Virus record (IMG/VR): IMGVR_UViG_3300037296_000405
Source of the DNA: an uncultured virus (IMG/VR IMGVR_UViG_3300037296_000405)
Taxonomy: Duplodnaviria; Heunggongvirae; Uroviricota; Caudoviricetes
DNA length: 64,000 bases
Direction: 5' to 3' (one strand)
Position 1 is the stretch's first letter; each line of letters starts with the position of its first letter. Shown piece after piece: positions 50,354 through 60,204 of this stretch. The notes beneath the pieces are model-generated. The model did not search any database. It was not told the origin of the DNA and worked only from the letters and a program-made list of their open reading frames with translations. A program made the position numbers and the translations under genes.

Positions 50354-50758
50354 TTATGATTTTATTTTTTTCATACTGTACATTAAAGAGTTAAGATAAT
50401 CTAATAAGTCTTCTTTTGTTTCAAGAAGAGGTATTTTTTTTGTTTTAATTGAATGTAGTATAAATGAATTTGTTACACTAGTAATATTAATATCTTCAAT
50501 ATATTGTAGATGTTCTTCAATAGTATTAAAATCTTTTAGTAAGTTTTCTGAAGAATTTAAGTCGGTTATGACATTATCCCTATAATCAAATTCATCTATA
50601 TTATATTTAATTTTATTATCATTACTGTATACATCAGTATAACTTTCTAAAGTCCACAAATTTTTTACTGTACATTCTGATAAGTTGAAACTCTCAATGG
50701 CATTCATAGTTATCTTTTGATTATCTTCAAATAGTTCAATAAAGTATTTTACTTCCAT
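50354..50758 (-). CDS. hypothetical protein
   Basis: ORF. Confidence 0.65.
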   Translation of the reverse strand: MEVKYFIELFEDNQKITMNAIESFNLSECTVKNLWTLESYTDVYSNDNKIKYNIDEFDYRDNVITDLNSSENLLKDFNTIEEHLQYIEDINITSVTNSFILHSIKTKKIPLLETKEDLLDYLNSLMYSMKKIKS

Positions 50759-50962
50759 TGTCCACTAAATGGACATTAAACCTTCTAAATTGTAAATTAA
50801 TGAGGTTTTATTGAAATTATCGTTTAAATAAGTTTATTTTTATCTATAAAATAGCTAAGTTATTAAAATTATTTGTTTATTTATGGTTTATTTATTTATA
50901 TCTTTTAATAAAATAGGTATATTATATGTTCAAGTATAATAACCGTATAACAAGGAGTTATA

Positions 50963-51157
50963 ATGTCGGTACAAAAAATGTCAAAAGATTCTGTAGTAAA
51001 TGCTTTACTTTGTAAAGATAACATGAGAAATAATGCAAGTCCAAAGCTTGTAGAAGCGTTAGAGAGAACGTACCGAAATCTCTCTGATAGTAGGCTAGAA
51101 GATTTATATTGGTATTGTTATCATGAAGAAGTTGAACTCCCACGAAAAAGACAATAA
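50963..51157 (+). CDS. hypothetical protein
   Basis: AAGGAG RBS; terminator follows. Confidence 0.65.
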   Translation: MSVQKMSKDSVVNALLCKDNMRNNASPKLVEALERTYRNLSDSRLEDLYWYCYHEEVELPRKRQ

Positions 51158-51162
51158 TTCAG

Positions 51163-51184
51163 AGCCCTTTAATTAGGGCTTTTT
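51163..51184 (+). terminator. intrinsic terminator
   Basis: AGCCCT-N6-AGGGCT-TTTT. Confidence 0.6.
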
Positions 51185-52222
51185 ATTTATTAAATAAGAC
51201 AGTGCCAGTCTATTTTCCAAAGTAAAAATAATTTTATCAATCTTATATTTAATTAAATCATTATTTATGGATAGAGATTGTTCAATTAACTCAAGATTAG
51301 AAAGACTATCCTCAATGTACGCAAACAAAACATCTTGTTCAATATTACTATCTTTTATTTTTCTTAATAAATCGTGATGTTCCTTTTTTAAAGGTATTGA
51401 AATGGTTCCATTAGTAAGTAGCTCAGTGGCTTCAAATAATAATCTCTGAGCGTGGTATAACCCTTTAAACTCTTTTCCTGTTTCTGCCATTTTCTTCTGA
51501 CGATGTCCCGCTTTTTTTAATGATAATTCTAGTTGCTCAATAACATAAGTTATTTTTTTTCTACACTGATATAGTCTATTTCCAATATTGATTGTCTTGA
51601 TATAATTATTAGAGCCAGTTTTTGTTTTAGTTAGAGTAAAGTGTGAGCTATTCTTTTTTTGATAATCAACAATAGAATCCCAATGATCTTCTAATCTAAT
51701 CCCTCTTTTGAGTGATAAAGATTTAACAAATTTTAAAAAGTCACATCTGTATGAATGATGATTAATGTTTATTCCATATTTTTTATATTCTTTTCTAAAA
51801 AATCCTAAAAAAGATGAAGCATCTTTTACGAGAATATTGTGCTTAAAGTTTCTAATTTCTTTCATAATAGGTGTGTCTATTATTATTTTATCTTCTGGAC
51901 AGAAAAGAGTTTCCATCATGTTAAAATCACCATCTCTAAGTAATTCTAAAAACCTCGGTAGAGAAGTTATTGCCAAGTCAACATCATCATTATTGTTTTG
52001 TCCAGTATCGTTTGTTGTGTAAGTTAATATTTTATGAGTTTCTTTTTTGTTTTTCATGTAAAAATCTTCAGAGCTAGGTAGATAGATTGCTCTAAAATCA
52101 ATATCTGAGTTAGGCGAATTAAGGTTGAAAAAATGGCTTCCTGATATATACAAGAACAAAATTGTGCAATGAGGGTGATCTTCTTTAAAATTAGAAAGGA
52201 ATTTTTTTAAGTTTTTATTCAT
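51173..52222 (-). CDS. DNA pol beta-superfamily nucleotidyltransferase (RlaP / T4 NrdC.11-like)
   Basis: SGSH......SDIDFRAIYLP, F.ELL..G..N..E.LF, YHAQRLL. Confidence 0.85.
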   Translation of the reverse strand: MNKNLKKFLSNFKEDHPHCTILFLYISGSHFFNLNSPNSDIDFRAIYLPSSEDFYMKNKKETHKILTYTTNDTGQNNNDDVDLAITSLPRFLELLRDGDFNMMETLFCPEDKIIIDTPIMKEIRNFKHNILVKDASSFLGFFRKEYKKYGININHHSYRCDFLKFVKSLSLKRGIRLEDHWDSIVDYQKKNSSHFTLTKTKTGSNNYIKTINIGNRLYQCRKKITYVIEQLELSLKKAGHRQKKMAETGKEFKGLYHAQRLLFEATELLTNGTISIPLKKEHHDLLRKIKDSNIEQDVLFAYIEDSLSNLELIEQSLSINNDLIKYKIDKIIFTLENRLALSYLINKKP

Positions 52223-52272
52223 TTTAATATTGTATGATCTTTTAATGAGAAAAGCAAGGTTTTTATTGAAAA

Positions 52273-52767
52273 TTAATCAATATCTTCGTCACGAACTAAG
52301 TCTTCAACGATATCATAAAATCTTCTTAATCTTTCATCTCCAATATCGCAGTGTTCATTTTTTTCATTGAAGTCTAGAACTAAGTCAGTAATATCATTAG
52401 AAGAGAATTCATCACAAGTATCATTAAAAAAAGTTAAGGTCACATTCTTTAATGATAATAAGAATCTGTAATCCGAAACCTGAACATTATCTGAAAGAGA
52501 AGTTTCAACTCCCTTTAAAAGAGTTTCTGTTTCATAATTAGTTATATTTCTTTCTACAGAAACTGAGAAATCTGCATATAATGGATTTGCTCCATTAAAT
52601 TCAATCTTATAATTTTCTTGAATTTTTTCAATAATATCACTAAAATATAAAGGAAGAACAAAATCTACTCCGTGTCCGATTAATTTATAGTGAGTGTCAG
52701 CGACCGCCTCAACAATAATAGGGTCTTTTGTTCCGTCAAAAATATTAGTATATGTAAAGTTTTCCAT
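52273..52767 (-). CDS. hypothetical acidic protein
   Basis: ORF. Confidence 0.7.
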   Translation of the reverse strand: MENFTYTNIFDGTKDPIIVEAVADTHYKLIGHGVDFVLPLYFSDIIEKIQENYKIEFNGANPLYADFSVSVERNITNYETETLLKGVETSLSDNVQVSDYRFLLSLKNVTLTFFNDTCDEFSSNDITDLVLDFNEKNEHCDIGDERLRRFYDIVEDLVRDEDID

Positions 52768-52853
52768 AACAACTAAATGTAAATCATTTAGAAAAAAGCA
52801 TGTTTTAAACTAAAAAAAGGAATAAAAAGTGATATTATTTATATTTAAGAGAT

Positions 52854-53732
52854 ATGACTTCAAAAAAAAACTCTTACCCCTATAAAAACTTAGTTATATT
52901 AATTATTGCTGTTTTTTGGACTTTAGCTATTCCTAAATTTTTAACTTATTTTTTGATTGGTGAAGATGTCCCCTTATGGAACCCAATGTTTTTGATAGGA
53001 TATCCTCTGATTCTTGCGAGCGTGGTTACTTTTTTTGATAAGATAAGTTCAAATGCAGATATTATATTCAGGACAATACTTTTATATATTATCTTTAATA
53101 GTTTTTTTCTTGTTTCAGGTTTAGTTAAAACATTACCTCAAAATAACAAATTAAATAATAAGACATTTGTAGAAGTTTATAATTTGTGGGAAGGAAGTTT
53201 TTTTGACTACAATTTTTATATGAAAATATACACGAACGTATTAAAGGAAAACAATTCTTTGATAAAATTCGGAGAGCCTAATTCGAATAAGACAGCTAAG
53301 CTCCTAGGTCATTATATTTCTTTAGTTAAAATAAATAGAATAAAGGATGAGATAAGCTTGTCTGGAGAAGTGAAAGATGTAATATTGAAACTAAAAAGAG
53401 GGGAAGATATTTTTAATAAATTCTACTCAAATTTAAAGTATAAAGATATAATATTTATTATAGAAAAAGATGAATTTAAAATAAGTGAGATTGATTGCTC
53501 AATCGCTAACAATATCATTGATAATATGATAATTAATAATAATATATCTAATAATAAGTTTTATGAAATCATTTATGTATTCGAAAATAAGAAAACTGGT
53601 TGTATTGATAAGAAAATACTAGAAAACAATAAAGAATCTATCTCTAATAACCAAGACATTTTTTGGTTTAATAAATTGAAAGACTTGAATCCTTATTTCA
53701 ATGAACTGTTAAGGAATAGTTATGCTAAGTAA
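52854..53732 (+). CDS. membrane protein (3 TM N-terminus)
   Basis: hydrophobic N-terminus. Confidence 0.7.
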   Translation: MTSKKNSYPYKNLVILIIAVFWTLAIPKFLTYFLIGEDVPLWNPMFLIGYPLILASVVTFFDKISSNADIIFRTILLYIIFNSFFLVSGLVKTLPQNNKLNNKTFVEVYNLWEGSFFDYNFYMKIYTNVLKENNSLIKFGEPNSNKTAKLLGHYISLVKINRIKDEISLSGEVKDVILKLKRGEDIFNKFYSNLKYKDIIFIIEKDEFKISEIDCSIANNIIDNMIINNNISNNKFYEIIYVFENKKTGCIDKKILENNKESISNNQDIFWFNKLKDLNPYFNELLRNSYAK

Positions 53733-54915
53733 AAGTATAAATAATTACATTATTAAAAAGTCGGAAGATTATTTTATTGAAGAGAAAAAAAACATACTGT
53801 TTCTTAAGAAGAGTGAATTAGAATATTTATTTGTTTTTGTTATTTTGTACTCACTGGCATTAATTATTCCTTTAATTAATATGACAGGTGAAGTTTCTTT
53901 AACGTCAGTTCTATTTGATTATTTTTTTATAGTAGTTCCTATAATATTATTAACAATTGGGCAAATGAAGTCTAAAAAAATAATCATGCTACATTATTTA
54001 GTTTTTTGGAATAAAAAAGAAAGGGAAGAAGAAGTTGAAGCTTATGTATCTAATAATAGTGATAATTTAATTAGTTTAATGAGCAGTAATTCAGAGCAAG
54101 AATCAATTAGACATGATACTTTAGATAAAAAAGTTGATTTGTACATTAAAAATATTGACATATTTTGTAAAGAGCATTTGTTGGATAATAATAGCTTAAA
54201 AAGATTTGTTAAAGAGCGTCTACAAAGTGAAACTAATGAGAATAGAGCATTTATTTTATGGTGTATGATAATTCCAAATAAAGAAGAATTAAGTCTAGAC
54301 GGATTAAAATTTCTTATAAGTCAGAATAGAATGAGTTTTTATAATTATGTAGCATTTAAGCAACAAGGAAAAGAATTTATTCATAGTATACTAAGCAATC
54401 AGATACATTGCTTTAAAGATTTTTCAGAAAAAAAACTAAAGAGGGTTTTTTCAATAAATTATGAATCTTCAATATTAATGGACGTTTTAATTTTTTCATA
54501 TAATAATGATTTCATCATTCCAAATAGATTGAAAAACTTAATTGAGATTGAAAAATTTGTAGAGTTAAATAAAGATTTAATTAAATTAAATAATGAAAAA
54601 TTAAAACAAGTTAATAGAAATCCTAGATTGTATTTTATTGAGAATAAAAAATTTAGAAATTTAAAATTTATTGTCTTAGATGATACTGAAGATTTAATCA
54701 GTTGGGGAGTTGATTTAAGTAACTGTATTAAAACTTATAGGGATAGATGTCTAAATGGTTACTCATATTTACTAGGAATTTATAAAGATGGAAAAAAATA
54801 CGGGAATATAGAATTAGATTGCAATAATAAAATAGTTCAAATACGAGGTTTTGCCAATAAGCCTTTAGATGAAGAATCAGATATTAAAGACATTGTAAAT
54901 TTAGTCTTGTTTTAG
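53722..54915 (+). CDS. membrane-anchored PcfJ-like protein
   Basis: 2 TM; LISWGVDLSNCIKTY...NIEL...VQIRGFAN. Confidence 0.75.
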   Translation: MLSKSINNYIIKKSEDYFIEEKKNILFLKKSELEYLFVFVILYSLALIIPLINMTGEVSLTSVLFDYFFIVVPIILLTIGQMKSKKIIMLHYLVFWNKKEREEEVEAYVSNNSDNLISLMSSNSEQESIRHDTLDKKVDLYIKNIDIFCKEHLLDNNSLKRFVKERLQSETNENRAFILWCMIIPNKEELSLDGLKFLISQNRMSFYNYVAFKQQGKEFIHSILSNQIHCFKDFSEKKLKRVFSINYESSILMDVLIFSYNNDFIIPNRLKNLIEIEKFVELNKDLIKLNNEKLKQVNRNPRLYFIENKKFRNLKFIVLDDTEDLISWGVDLSNCIKTYRDRCLNGYSYLLGIYKDGKKYGNIELDCNNKIVQIRGFANKPLDEESDIKDIVNLVLF

Positions 54916-55040
54916 TCGAGATCTCATCTTGATATTCCATTTTGGAAATTAGTCGTATTCTAAATACCTAATTTTAGGCTACGTTGTCAAATTAATTGAA
55001 TGTTAACTACATCTATGTTATTATAATTAGGAGGTATGTT

Positions 55041-55874
55041 ATGATAATATTAAAAACAGTAAGTCAAGAAGATGCGAAAAAATTAATTGTCAAAAGAGAT
55101 GACTATATCGAAGAGTTAACTGTATTTAATATAAAAAAGATAACTAAAAATAAAATTGACAATAAAGACGGTTTTATGGATTTCTTACCTAGCGCTTGTA
55201 TTCAGTGGAATGAAGAATCAAAAAAGAAAATATCTAGCATAGAGGCAACAATAAATTATCAATTTGATGAATTAGATTTTAATTTTTCTATGGAAATACA
55301 TCTTGTTAGAACAAATGGAGAGGACAGTTTTAATTTACCTTACACTAGAGATAATATTATATTTTTACCAGAAAAAGAAAATAAAAAAGAGAAGTTAGCT
55401 CACCTAAATGTTCATTTAATTACTCATGAAATATTTCATATTATAAGTAGGAGATATCCTCAAATAAGAGAAGTGTTATATCCTTTGATGGGATTCAAGA
55501 AGCTTTCAAATAGATTTGATATGGAAAAAAATCTTCCTAGGTATGTAGTTAATCCAGATGCTGTTCATTATGAATATGCAATTAATGTATTATACAATCT
55601 TACTGAATATAAAGCTATTCCAGTTATTTACTTTAAAAAGAAAAAAATGAAGTGGGAGCACTTGTTATTACTAGATGAAAATGAACAGGTGCATTCTATA
55701 GTTAATAGAAATGAAACAAATTTTTTAAATAATAAATACAATACTCATTACTTATCTCATCCAGAAGAGATTTGTGCTGAGAATTTTAGAAAGTGGATCT
55801 TACAAGATGAAGACATTGATAACGAATTATTACGTACAAATTATGGAATAGCTTTAAAGGAGTTGTTTAATTGA
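55041..55874 (+). CDS. HExxH Zn-metallopeptidase-like protein
   Basis: THEIFHIISR, NPD, HPEEICAENF; AGGAGG RBS. Confidence 0.75.
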   Translation: MIILKTVSQEDAKKLIVKRDDYIEELTVFNIKKITKNKIDNKDGFMDFLPSACIQWNEESKKKISSIEATINYQFDELDFNFSMEIHLVRTNGEDSFNLPYTRDNIIFLPEKENKKEKLAHLNVHLITHEIFHIISRRYPQIREVLYPLMGFKKLSNRFDMEKNLPRYVVNPDAVHYEYAINVLYNLTEYKAIPVIYFKKKKMKWEHLLLLDENEQVHSIVNRNETNFLNNKYNTHYLSHPEEICAENFRKWILQDEDIDNELLRTNYGIALKELFN

Positions 55875-57259
55875 AGGCTATTGATTTTTTAAAGAAAGTT
55901 CAAAAATCTAAAGAACCAGACGATGTGAAAATGCATATCGAAGACTGGGTTTTAAATAATTTTATTTTAAATACTGAAGTAAAAGAACTAGATGATTTAT
56001 CAATGAAAGAAGCTCTTGATAATGCGAATTTATGGATGTTGGATTTAGGTGATAGTGAAAAAATAGAATTAGGAGAAGTTGAAGAGATATTAGACTTTGG
56101 AGAAATGAAACTTATTTTACTGATAGACCAAAAATCCTTTGGTTGGGAAGGATTTCACATGAAACATTGTGTGAAGTCTTATTATAAAAAAAGTGAAGAG
56201 GGTTTATCTAAAGTATATTCTCTTAGAAAAAAAGACTACGACATTCCTGTTTGTACATTCGAAATAGAAAATGAAAAACTAATTCAGGTTCATGGACGAG
56301 GCAATGGGAAAGTATCTCCTAAGTATTTTGATACAATAATTACATGTCTAAGTCATTTGAAAGTTAGTGCATCAAGATATGTTGAAAAAATGGGGTACTT
56401 AATATTAACTCCATATATAAAAAAACAATTAATGTACTATTTTAGTGGAATTACAATTAGGAATATTCAAGAAATAGAAGTTATCTACGTACTAAGTGAA
56501 GTTAAATTTAAGAAACATATTAATATTCAAGACAATCGATTAGGAAAATTTATTTTTTATATAATATCTAAACAGCCTAATATGAATCTTTTTATGGATT
56601 TATAGAATAATTGTTGCTTTGAAGAAGAACAACTGCCTTATTTAGTTATTATAAATTGGAGAAACAGTAAATTTCTAGATAAAATAGATGATTTAGGTAT
56701 TGTCTACTATGAGAATAACAAGTATCAAAATAGGCATCAAGACAAACTGAATTTCTTTTGTGAAATATCTAAAGAAAAAGAAATAAAGTTTTTTAGTAAT
56801 GACTCGTTCCTTCAAGATTTAGTTCAGCAAATGGGTGTATCTGATTTTTATGGTTTAAAAGTTATGAGAGATTTTCCTATAGACAAAGAGAAGTTTATAA
56901 TTCTTTGGAATACATTTTTAAAAAAATTTAATGATAATAATTTATTTCCTTTTCCTAGATTAAGAGTTTTTTGGTTGTTTGCCGATGGATTGAATGAAGG
57001 TGTATTAGATGCAACAATAAAATACTTAGATTTAAATATTAGTTTTTCGGCTACGTATCAATATTTTAGGTTAGAACAGGTTAAAGATAGGATTGATGAA
57101 ATTATCAAGAAAGGACATAAGACATATGCATTCAAATTAATTTTTTATATATTAGAAAATATGTCTATTGAAGATAATGAGTCATGGTCTGAATACAAAG
57201 CTAATATAGGCTATAATCGAGAAGCAGTTAAAGCTATCCTAAGTCCTCGAAATAAATAA
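55871..57259 (+). pseudogene. PcfJ-like protein interrupted by one in-frame TAG (56603-56605)
   Basis: EGFHMKHCVKSY...YSLR...TFEI...QVHGRGN; frame stays open 75 codons past TAG into ORF 56831-57259. Confidence 0.7.
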
Positions 57260-57298
57260 TATCTTTACATGTTGTTGAAAGTATAGTATAATATTTTT

Positions 57299-57835
57299 AT
57301 GCAAACAAATAAATTATTAATAATTGATCTTGAGGCTACCTGCTGGAATGATAGACCTAAGGAATACTCTTTCCAAAACTCAGAAATTATAGAAGTAGGT
57401 GCAACTCTTATTGACATGGTTAAAAGAGAGATTATTGAGTCAAGGTCATATTTGGTTAAGCCAGAAAATACAAAGATATCTGAATTTTGTACAACCCTTA
57501 CAAGTATTACCGAAGAGATGGTTAATGATTCTAATTATTTAAAATTAGTTATTGAACAGATTAATAAAGATTTTAAGATAAAGAATCTCACATGGGGTTC
57601 ATGGGGTTTTTATGATTTTAATCAATTAAGAAAAGAATGTTTAAGGAAATCAATTTCAAATCCATTTGGTGAAAGAAATTTTATAAATTTAAAAAAAATG
57701 GTAGCTTTAAATAATTCTTGGTCAAAAGAGAAGGGCATTGAAAATGCACTTAAGTCTCTATCCATGGTTTTTGAAGGTACACCTCACAGAGGAATTGATG
57801 ATACTAAAAATATAGCTAAAATTATTTTGAAATAA
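57299..57835 (+). CDS. DEDDh 3'-5' exonuclease (ERI-1/KapD-like)
   Basis: IDLEATCW, EIIEVG, WG.YD, HRGIDD. Confidence 0.9.
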   Translation: MQTNKLLIIDLEATCWNDRPKEYSFQNSEIIEVGATLIDMVKREIIESRSYLVKPENTKISEFCTTLTSITEEMVNDSNYLKLVIEQINKDFKIKNLTWGSWGFYDFNQLRKECLRKSISNPFGERNFINLKKMVALNNSWSKEKGIENALKSLSMVFEGTPHRGIDDTKNIAKIILK

Positions 57836-57845
57836 AGAGGGATGT

Positions 57846-58082
57846 ATGATTACTAAAAAAAACATTAATAATAAATTAAAAAAGAATGGAATGTTTTTAA
57901 CAATCGAAGGATGTTCAGAATCAGGTTACTATTTCTACCCTTTACTTGATGAAGGAACTATTTATTTTGAATCTTACAGTTGTTTAAAGTCCAAAATTTA
58001 CAAAGATATTAAATATCCAATTAAAACTTGGTTAAAAAGAGCACAAGGTTTAGATTTTTATATAAAAAATAATATGAATTAA
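57846..58082 (+). CDS. hypothetical protein
   Basis: GAGGG RBS. Confidence 0.6.
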   Translation: MITKKNINNKLKKNGMFLTIEGCSESGYYFYPLLDEGTIYFESYSCLKSKIYKDIKYPIKTWLKRAQGLDFYIKNNMN

Positions 58083-58090
58083 AGGAAAAA

Positions 58091-59155
58091 ATGTCAAGTT
58101 TTGATTGTAAAGTTTATTCATTAGTCGTAGAAGAACATCCTAATGCAGATTCTCTAGAATTAGGAAAAATAGGAGGCTACTATTCTATTATCCCAAAAGG
58201 AAAATTTGTCACAGGTGATAAAGTTGTATATATTCCTGAGTCTGCGGTACTACCAGAAAATATTATTGAAGAGTTAGGCTTGTCGGGTAAATTATCAGGT
58301 TCAAAATCTAATAGAGTTAAAGCTCTTAAGTTAAGGGGAATACTTTCTCAAGGTTTAGTATATAAGTCTAGAGAAGAGTGGGTTGTCGGTCAAGACGTTA
58401 AGGATATTTTAGGTATCATTAAATACGAGGCTCCAATACCTGTACATTTAGGTGGAGAAGTATCTTCATGGGATTATAGTTTTAAGTTTGATATAGATAA
58501 TATTAAAAAATACACAGAGATATTTAAAGAAGGTGAAGAAGTTGTTTTTACAGAAAAGATACATGGCACATGTACGATAGGGACATTTGTTCCTGATAGT
58601 AAAAAACATTTGAGAAAAGAAGACATGTATGAAGGTTGTTGGGCAATATCATCAAAAGGTTTATCAAAGAAGAATCTATTCTTTAAAGAGAATGAAAAGA
58701 ATTCATCAAATAATTTGTATGTAAAATCTTTAAATTTGGACATAAGAAAAGCTATCTCAAATAAGTATAAAGACTCTACAGAATTAGTTACTGTAGTTGG
58801 AGAAAGTTTTGGTAAAGTACAAGATTTAAGATATGATGTTCCCGAAACAGTTTCTTTTAGGTTATTTGGAATTAAAGTAGGAGAAGCTTACCTCAATTTT
58901 GATGAATTAGTTGAAGTATCCAAAGAATTAAATATAACATTAGTTCCAATATTATATAGAGGACCATTCTCTCAGAAAGTTTTAGAAGATCATACAAAAG
59001 GTAAAGAACAAGTTTCAGGTAATGCTGTTCATCTTAGGGAAGGACTAGTCGTTTATCCAATAATAGAGAGAACTTCTGAAGAGATTGGAAGAGTGATTCT
59101 AAAATCTGTATCTGACGATTATTTAAGTCGGCACAATGGAACAGAATTTAATTAA
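58091..59155 (+). CDS. RNA ligase, DRB0094 family
   Basis: N-terminal OB (HPNADSLE, LRGILSQG), TEKIHGT, GE, REGLVV, LKSVSDDY. Confidence 0.9.
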   Translation: MSSFDCKVYSLVVEEHPNADSLELGKIGGYYSIIPKGKFVTGDKVVYIPESAVLPENIIEELGLSGKLSGSKSNRVKALKLRGILSQGLVYKSREEWVVGQDVKDILGIIKYEAPIPVHLGGEVSSWDYSFKFDIDNIKKYTEIFKEGEEVVFTEKIHGTCTIGTFVPDSKKHLRKEDMYEGCWAISSKGLSKKNLFFKENEKNSSNNLYVKSLNLDIRKAISNKYKDSTELVTVVGESFGKVQDLRYDVPETVSFRLFGIKVGEAYLNFDELVEVSKELNITLVPILYRGPFSQKVLEDHTKGKEQVSGNAVHLREGLVVYPIIERTSEEIGRVILKSVSDDYLSRHNGTEFN

Positions 59156-59205
59156 TTTTATTGTAAAATATTGTTTTTTATTAAATTAGACTGTATAATA
59201 ATTAA

Positions 59206-60168
59206 ATGAATATTTTTAAACTAACATTGTACAAAGTTAATCAACAAAAGTCTAAGCCAATAACAGAGTTAAGTAATCTTTCAAGAGAATTTAGTTGTGG
59301 TATGTTTGACACTAAGGAAAAAGCTTTAAAATGTGTAATAGAAAACTATTGTGATTTATTCGAAAGAGGTTACTATAATTTAGCTAGTATAGAAAATGTA
59401 CCGACAGGGCTTTATTCGACTTCCATTGAAACTTTATGGCTTAGGTCTACTGCTACACAAAATAAAAATACTTTTAGGATTCACTATAGTATCGAACTAG
59501 CGACCTCTCCTGTTTTATCTAATGAGTATGACCCATCATTTTCCTGTGAACTTGAAGAGAAATTTCAAAATTGGATATTTATTCATAACCACATGTCTAG
59601 AATATATTCGGAAATTAAAAATATAGGAGATATTTCTTTAGGATGTGAAACTAAGATAGTTTACGATAATTATTGTGGAGAAGATAGGTTTTATCATAAT
59701 TTAAATCATATAGCGGATTGTATCAAAAAGTTGAATTACTTTAATTTACCAAAGTCTTGTTATGACATCGCGGTATTGTCTTTCATTTACCATGATGTAG
59801 ATTACGGTAACAAAGATTCTGAGTATATTAGTTCTAATATATTTAAGAAATCGGTATGGTTTCTTAATGATGAATTTAAAGTAGTTCCTGATATAATTAA
59901 TATGACAAAGGATCATAATCCAACAAATGAATTAGAGAGAATTGTATCCGATATAGATATGAGTATATTATCTTCAGATAAAGATAAATTTAAAGAGTAC
60001 TGCGACAATATTGAAAAAGAATATTTATTTATAGGTGTTAATAAATATACATTTAATATGGGTAGAAAATTGTTTCTAAGAAAAATGAAGAAGTTTTCTT
60101 TTAGTACTAAAATAGGACGAACATTATGGCAAGTAAATCTATCTAATAACTTAAATAATATGTCATAA
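59206..60168 (+). CDS. HD-domain phosphohydrolase with N-terminal extension
   Basis: RFYHNLNHI, YHD, TKDH, DIDMSIL. Confidence 0.8.
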   Translation: MNIFKLTLYKVNQQKSKPITELSNLSREFSCGMFDTKEKALKCVIENYCDLFERGYYNLASIENVPTGLYSTSIETLWLRSTATQNKNTFRIHYSIELATSPVLSNEYDPSFSCELEEKFQNWIFIHNHMSRIYSEIKNIGDISLGCETKIVYDNYCGEDRFYHNLNHIADCIKKLNYFNLPKSCYDIAVLSFIYHDVDYGNKDSEYISSNIFKKSVWFLNDEFKVVPDIINMTKDHNPTNELERIVSDIDMSILSSDKDKFKEYCDNIEKEYLFIGVNKYTFNMGRKLFLRKMKKFSFSTKIGRTLWQVNLSNNLNNMS

Positions 60169-60204
60169 ATTTGTGATCATCGTATCATTATAATATAATA
60201 AGTA

